DNA from: Erysipelotrichaceae bacterium | GTDB lineage: Bacteria > Bacillota_I > Bacilli_A > ML615J-28 > CAG-313 | DNA length: 64,000 nucleotides | Direction: 5' to 3' | NCBI GenBank assembly: GCA_015059015.1 | Contig: SVBG01000001.1 | Location: 10,026 to 74,025, forward strand | In this document: positions 60,301-64,000 of the stretch, piece after piece | How positions within the stretch are numbered: the first letter of the stretch is position 1 | Layout of the letters: each line of letters starts with the position of its first letter | Translations under genes and position numbers: made by a program | The notes under the pieces: model-generated | The model's input: only the letters and a program-made list of their open reading frames with translations | What the model was told of the DNA's origin: nothing | The model's database searches: none

Positions 60301-62325
60301 TTACCTTATACATTTAGTTTAAACCAAACAAATAATGAATATACAATTACAAAATATTATGGAAGTGCTAGAGAAGTAATTATACCTTCAGTATTCAATG
60401 ATATGCCAATTGTTGTTATTGGTGGGTCTGCATTCCGTAAGTGTAGCAGTTTAACAAGTATAGTTATTCCCAATAGTGTGACAAGTATAAAATATCGTGC
60501 ATTTCAGGATTGTACTAGTATGACAAGTATATTGCTACCATCAAGTATAATAAGTATAGAAGAAGTTTCATTCTCAGGTTGTAGTAGTTTAATGGATGTG
60601 TACTACAACGGAACTATTGAAGATTGGTGTAATATTACTTTTGGTGATTATAGTAGTGGTGCCAGTGCTAGTAATCCGATGTATTATGCACAACACTTTT
60701 ATATGAAAGACTCTAATAATGAGTATTACGAAGTAATAGAAATAGATATACCTAATACAATAATAAGTATAGGTGCATATCAATTTGAAGGGTTTGAAAA
60801 TGTAGTTAATGTAATTCTTCCTGATAGTATAACAGGAATAAATCGTTATGCCTTCTATGGTTGTAGTAATTTAGCAAGTATAAAAATACCATCAGAAGTA
60901 AAAGGGGTTGGAGAAAATGCCTTCTATGGTTGTAGTAGTTTAGCAAGTATAAAAATACCATTTGGAGTAACAAGTATAAAAGACGAAACTTTTTATGGTT
61001 GTAGTAATTTAATAAGTATAGAAATGCCATTAGGAATAACAAGTATAGGAGTAGCCGCTTTCCGAGGATGCAGTAGTTTAACAAGTATAGAAATCCCATC
61101 TGGGGTAACGACTATAGGATCTTATGCTTTCTATGGATGTAGAAGTTTAAAAAACATTGTGATTCCAGAAGGGGTAACAACAATAGATTCATGGACATTC
61201 TCTGGTTGCGGGTTAAAAAATATCACACTTCCAGAAAGTTTAAAATATATATCTACTTATGCGTTCTTAACTTGCAGTAGTTTAACAAATATTGTAATTC
61301 CAGAAGGTGTAACAAGTATAGGAGATTCTGCATTCAGTGGATGTAGTAGTTTGACAAGTATAGAAATTCCATCTGGAGTAACAAGTATTGGTTATGAAAC
61401 ATTCTCTGGATGTAGTAGTTTAGCAAGTATAAAAAACTTATCAGGAATAACAAGTATAGGAGATTCTGCATTCAGTGGATGCAGTAGTTTAACAAGTATA
61501 GAGATTCCATCTGGAGTAACAAGTATAGGAGATTCTGCATTCAGTGGATGTAGTAGTTTAACAAGTATAGAAATCCCATCTGGGGTAACGACTATAGGAA
61601 ATTCTGTATTTAAAGGTTGTAATAGTTTAATAAGTATAAAAATTCCATCTGGAGCAATAAGTATAGGAAATTCTGCATTCAATGGTTGCAGCAGCTTAAC
61701 AAGTATAGAAATCCCATCTTTGGTAACAAGTATAGGAAATTACGCATTCAATGGTTGTAGCAGCTTAGTAAGTATAGAAATACCATTTGGAGTAACAACT
61801 ATAGGAAATTCTACATTTAGTGGATGTAATAGTTTAACAAGCATAGTAATTCCAATTGGCATAACAACTATAGGAAATTATGCATTCTCTGGCTGTAGTA
61901 GTTTGACAAGTATAACAATCCCTGAAAGTGTAATAAGTATAGGATATTATGCATTTAATATTTGCACTAACCTTAAAACAATTTATAATCTATCCGATCT
62001 AGAATTAAGTATTGGATCTACTGATAATGGTTATATTGCGTATTACGCAAAATATATCCATACGGAGCTTCCAAGAGAAGTTGTTCTTCAAAAAGAAGTT
62101 GCCTATGATACAACAGTTGATGCTCTAGATTTACCTGAAACTGTAACATTTACATATATTGGTGAAGAAATTACTGAAAGTATTGCTTGGGAAACAAGTA
62201 CATTTATTGTTAATCAAATTGGTGAACAAGTAATTTATGGTGTATTTAGTGATGATGAATTGTATGATAAGTATAATATTAAACGTGGTGGAATTAGTAT
62301 CATAGTAACTGTGTTACAAGAATAG
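57385..62325 (+). CDS. Secreted multidomain BspA-type LRR protein, paralogue D (1646 aa). It reads as two complete LRR units in tandem, each ending with a YNLS(N/D)LEL(T/S)IGSTDNG...Big_4-like module.
   Basis: The N-terminal 330 aa are about 90% identical to paralogue C. The internal module YNLSNLELTIGSTDNGCVAYYAKYIHNELPRE...VTWDTSTFVVNQIGEQVIYG is nearly identical to the module in the 5'-truncated gene at 1-3384, and it recurs at the C-terminus. Confidence 0.85.
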   Translation: MKKNLFKLLFVMLFLFTVSFTFVYNNNTDVLADEIETEEVVEPSLNIYKKNISYASEIYIMYAVSYEGIDVTTNPVKMLFYNSVQDEYTPSTASYVVESTGSATISGVSCQIFASNGLAAKQMTDDIYARAYVEIAEETIYSDVVKYSVLEYYYEIKEAGTVSTNILNLLEAMVNYGAAAQTNFNYNTEKLANATYYKVNVENTVLPDGFTSGRFKAEEQVMLTAPEKEGYIFTGWTNSNEELVSTDVTYTLTVTQDETLTANYEAEVAVTPVTLTLTKEAAYDATADTLDLPSTVTFNYNNETVTENVTWDTTSFVVNKIGKQKLYGTLSNDSYKVNELSIEIDVLPYTFSLNEETNEYSITKYYGTSEELNLPASFNSIKVTSVGLYAIRSNNIRILRIPKEIINFDENAFFGPKEISELYYYGTLEDWCNIKFYNYIANPMGCQDHNTFQIVYMLDDKNEFYSLNGIIIPDSVEYIGNSQFYNMDGLTSVFISKNVKTIEENAFSGCLKLENVVFEEDSVLTEIKSGAFGSYTKISSINLPKSLEKIGSNAFSGCQTLTSITLHNNIASIGYSAFFGCISLCDVYFDGNIEGWMNITFGDERSNPVYSSNKIFMKNDDNEYYEVNEIQIPSNIDTINNFTFSGFNFIENISLPDNIITIGDGAFRECSGLTSINFSNNLKTIGESAFYKCINLEKIEIPYSVQNINYSAFSYCTNLLEVVFEENSNLNKLGSYAFRACSSLKSINIPNNITKIDIYTFYDCVNLIKISIPNTIEEICDYAFYNCNQLLNVEFESTSRLTKIGQYAFYNCTSLQSFSIPTGVKLIQACTFTNCISLLNIVIPSSITYLSGFNGCVNLKVIYNLSNLELTIGSTDNGCVAYYAKYIHNELPREIALEKEVAYDATLDTLELPETVTFTYNEEEITQNVTWDTSTFVVNQIGEQVIYGTFSDDELYDQYNIKRGYLYTTIDVLPYTFSLNQTNNEYTITKYYGSAREVIIPSVFNDMPIVVIGGSAFRKCSSLTSIVIPNSVTSIKYRAFQDCTSMTSILLPSSIISIEEVSFSGCSSLMDVYYNGTIEDWCNITFGDYSSGASASNPMYYAQHFYMKDSNNEYYEVIEIDIPNTIISIGAYQFEGFENVVNVILPDSITGINRYAFYGCSNLASIKIPSEVKGVGENAFYGCSSLASIKIPFGVTSIKDETFYGCSNLISIEMPLGITSIGVAAFRGCSSLTSIEIPSGVTTIGSYAFYGCRSLKNIVIPEGVTTIDSWTFSGCGLKNITLPESLKYISTYAFLTCSSLTNIVIPEGVTSIGDSAFSGCSSLTSIEIPSGVTSIGYETFSGCSSLASIKNLSGITSIGDSAFSGCSSLTSIEIPSGVTSIGDSAFSGCSSLTSIEIPSGVTTIGNSVFKGCNSLISIKIPSGAISIGNSAFNGCSSLTSIEIPSLVTSIGNYAFNGCSSLVSIEIPFGVTTIGNSTFSGCNSLTSIVIPIGITTIGNYAFSGCSSLTSITIPESVISIGYYAFNICTNLKTIYNLSDLELSIGSTDNGYIAYYAKYIHTELPREVVLQKEVAYDTTVDALDLPETVTFTYIGEEITESIAWETSTFIVNQIGEQVIYGVFSDDELYDKYNIKRGGISIIVTVLQE
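60830..61930 (+). repeat. Array of near-identical 69-bp (23-aa) LRR units, (S/N)GCSSLTSIEIPSGVTSIG(D/N)SAF, resembling a variable-number tandem repeat
   Basis: DNA-level near-identity across about 15 consecutive units, e.g. ggatgtagtagtttaacaagtatagaaat(t/c)ccatctgg(a/g)gtaac. Confidence 0.65.
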
Positions 62326-62335
62326 TTATTAATTT

Positions 62336-62375
62336 AAGTCTTTATAGTAAACATTTGTTTATTATAAAGACTTTT
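62336..62375 (+). terminator. Terminator of the LRR gene
   Basis: agtctttatagtaaacatttgtttattataaagact followed by ttttt. Confidence 0.55.
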
Positions 62376-62450
62376 TCTTATGTGGTAAAATAAATAAGTT
62401 AAATTATGTTTTTTATTTGAAATAATAGTATAATATATATAGGTGATAAA

Positions 62451-62912
62451 ATGGAAAAAACAATGGTGATGAAGATATTAGAGCAAAAGAAGATTAAATA
62501 TAATGCTTATTATTATGATCCTGTAAAACTTGATGCGGTATATGTAGCAGAAGTATTGAATCAAGATAAAGATAGAGTGTTTAAAACACTTGTTACTATT
62601 GGATCTAAATATTATGTTTTTATGATACCATCATACAAAGAACTTGATTTAAAGAAAGTTGCTAGTATACTTGGTGAAAAGAAAATAGAAATGATAAAAC
62701 AAAAAGATTTAGAACCTCTTACAGGGTATATTCATGGTGGATGTAGTCCAATCGGAATGAAAAAAAGTTTTCCTACTTTTATTGATAAAACAGTTGAGGA
62801 GTTTGATACTATTTTCTTTAGTGCAGGTCGAGTTGGAACACAAGTTGAAGTATCACCTAGTGATCTTAAAAAAATTGTTAATTATAGAATATTAGATTTA
62901 TGTAAGGAGTAA
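62451..62912 (+). CDS. ybaK: YbaK/EbsC-family Cys-tRNA(Pro)/Cys-tRNA(Cys) deacylase
   Basis: The motif GYIHGGCSPIGMKK (GGxSP box) in a 153-aa protein with the YbaK-type fold pattern. Confidence 0.75.
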   Translation: MEKTMVMKILEQKKIKYNAYYYDPVKLDAVYVAEVLNQDKDRVFKTLVTIGSKYYVFMIPSYKELDLKKVASILGEKKIEMIKQKDLEPLTGYIHGGCSPIGMKKSFPTFIDKTVEEFDTIFFSAGRVGTQVEVSPSDLKKIVNYRILDLCKE

Positions 62913-62918
62913 ATAAAA

Positions 62919-63212
62919 ATGATTAAACATGTAGTTTGTTTTAAAATTAAAGATGAATATAAAAATAGAATTGAAGAAGCTAAAAAAACTCTTCTTTCAA
63001 TGAAAGGGAAAGTTCCTACTGTTTTGGATATTAATGTAGGTATTGATTTATTACACAGCGAAAGAAGCTATGATATTATTTTAGAAGTTATCGTAGAATC
63101 TATGGAACATTTAGAAATATATCAAAAAGATTTATATCACTGCACTGTTGTTAAACCTTTAATGCATGAAATTAGATGTGCAAGTGTAGCTATTGATTTT
63201 GAGGTAGAATAA
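62919..63212 (+). CDS. Dabb-family stress-responsive alpha/beta-barrel protein
   Basis: MIKHVVCFKIKDE...; about 97 aa; typical Dabb N-terminal beta-strand signature. Confidence 0.6.
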   Translation: MIKHVVCFKIKDEYKNRIEEAKKTLLSMKGKVPTVLDINVGIDLLHSERSYDIILEVIVESMEHLEIYQKDLYHCTVVKPLMHEIRCASVAIDFEVE

Positions 63213-63736
63213 TGAAATATCTAATTATTACAGATATTCATGGTAGTCCGGTTAATTTAAAAAAGGTTTTAGAGAATGAAACATTTGATAAATTATTATT
63301 ATTAGGTGATATCTTACCACATGGACCAAGAAATGACTTACCTGTTGGATATAATCCAAAAGAAGTATTAAGTATTTTAAATCCATTAAGAAATAAAATT
63401 ATTTGTGTAAGAGGAAACTGTGATGCTGAAGTTGATGATATGGTATTAGAATTTCCAATAATGAGTATTGCTTGTATTGAGTATAATGGTAAAAATATTT
63501 ATTTAACACATGGACATAAATTTAATAGTAAGAGTTTATTAAATGCAGAAAACAGTGTTATTTTATATGGACATACGCATATAACTTCTGTTGAAGAAGT
63601 AGATTCTAATATATATATTAATATTGGATCTATTACTCTACCTAAAGATAATGTTGCTTGTTATGCAATATTAGATAATAATATATTAGAAATCAAAAAT
63701 ATTGATGGAGTTACTTTTAAGAGTATTAATCTTTAA
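63212..63736 (+). CDS. YfcE/MJ0936-family metallophosphoesterase
   Basis: The metal-binding motifs are DIHGS, LGDILPHGPRND, GNCD and THGH...GHTH. It overlaps the previous gene by 1 nt (ATGA). Confidence 0.7.
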   Translation: MKYLIITDIHGSPVNLKKVLENETFDKLLLLGDILPHGPRNDLPVGYNPKEVLSILNPLRNKIICVRGNCDAEVDDMVLEFPIMSIACIEYNGKNIYLTHGHKFNSKSLLNAENSVILYGHTHITSVEEVDSNIYINIGSITLPKDNVACYAILDNNILEIKNIDGVTFKSINL

Positions 63737-63748
63737 GAGGTGATTAAT

Positions 63749-64000
63749 ATGTCATTACTTTTATATGAAAAACATTTTACATTAACAAACGGAATGTTTG
63801 ATGAACACTATGGAATTAAACCTTATGCACTACTTGACATTTTTCAACGAATTGCGGGTGATCATGCTGATATACTAGAGTGTGGAACAGAGTTTTGTAA
63901 TAAAAACAATTATGCTTGGATAATTGTACGTCAAGAAGTTTATATTTATAATAATCCAACACCTATGGAAACGGTAGTTGTTAAAACATTTCCACATGCT
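63749..64000 (+). CDS. Acyl-ACP thioesterase (hotdog fold), 3'-truncated by the window end
   Basis: MSLLLYEKHFTLTNGMFDEHYGIKPYALLDIFQRIAGDHADILECG...NNYAWIIVRQEVYI resembles the N-terminal hotdog domain of FatA/FatB-type thioesterases. The RBS AAGAGGTGA lies 7 nt upstream. The ORF runs off the window. Confidence 0.6.
   Translation, partial: MSLLLYEKHFTLTNGMFDEHYGIKPYALLDIFQRIAGDHADILECGTEFCNKNNYAWIIVRQEVYIYNNPTPMETVVVKTFPHA

Noticed and set aside
60830-61930. Possibility that the regularly spaced near-identical 69-bp and 132-bp repeats are a CRISPR array
   Set aside because: The repeats are in frame inside long ORFs encoding recognisable LRR units. There are no unique spacers of uniform length, no leader, and no cas genes in the window.

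Overview
This 64-kb window is AT-rich (roughly 28-30% GC) and uses the standard genetic code. It looks like chromosomal DNA from a low-GC, spore-forming Firmicute: yabP/yabQ homologues are present, but the exact taxon cannot be determined from the sequence alone. Conserved housekeeping genes are mgtE, a tRNA-Tyr/tRNA-Gln operon, lysS, nrdG, an nrdD-trxB operon, aspA, a murA-like gene, rpmE, an ABC-F ATPase, an M18 aminopeptidase, an amidase lipoprotein, ybaK, and Dabb/YfcE/acyl-ACP thioesterase genes. Between them lie several accessory blocks. (1) Four paralogous secreted BspA-type leucine-rich-repeat (LRR) proteins, one cut by the window start and three complete, with shuffled modules and near-identical intragenic tandem repeats. 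(2) Three copies of a conserved 38-aa peptide gene. Two copies are translationally coupled to LRR genes (stop codon 2 nt before the ATG, Shine-Dalgarno (SD) sequence inside the peptide's GGW codons). The third heads a separate small-peptide operon that also carries a 55-aa membrane peptide with the same C-terminal motif. The 38-aa peptide has a lasso-type leader signature (aromatic -17, Pro -14, Ile -12 relative to a Gly-Pro core start). (3) An orphan three-gene cassette, PqqD-like RRE + SipW/S26-type peptidase + HPr-kinase-like P-loop protein, with no lasso cyclase and no adjacent precursor. I propose that it processes the small peptides as a new RiPP-like system, or may be a phospho-peptide signalling system. 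(4) Two paralogous giant acidic repeat proteins of 1078 and 4557 aa, each anchored by an N-terminal CvpA-like membrane domain. (5) An NrdD with a fused C-terminal glutaredoxin-like domain, co-operonic with thioredoxin reductase. (6) An AbiEi/AbiEii abortive-infection pair. (7) A MACPF-signature lipoprotein with Listeria-Bacteroides-type repeats. (8) A 468-bp tandem repeat carrying near-consensus promoters plus alternative terminator/antiterminator-like hairpins. (9) A 190-bp duplicated structured noncoding element. No CRISPR array, rRNA, integrase or transposase was seen.
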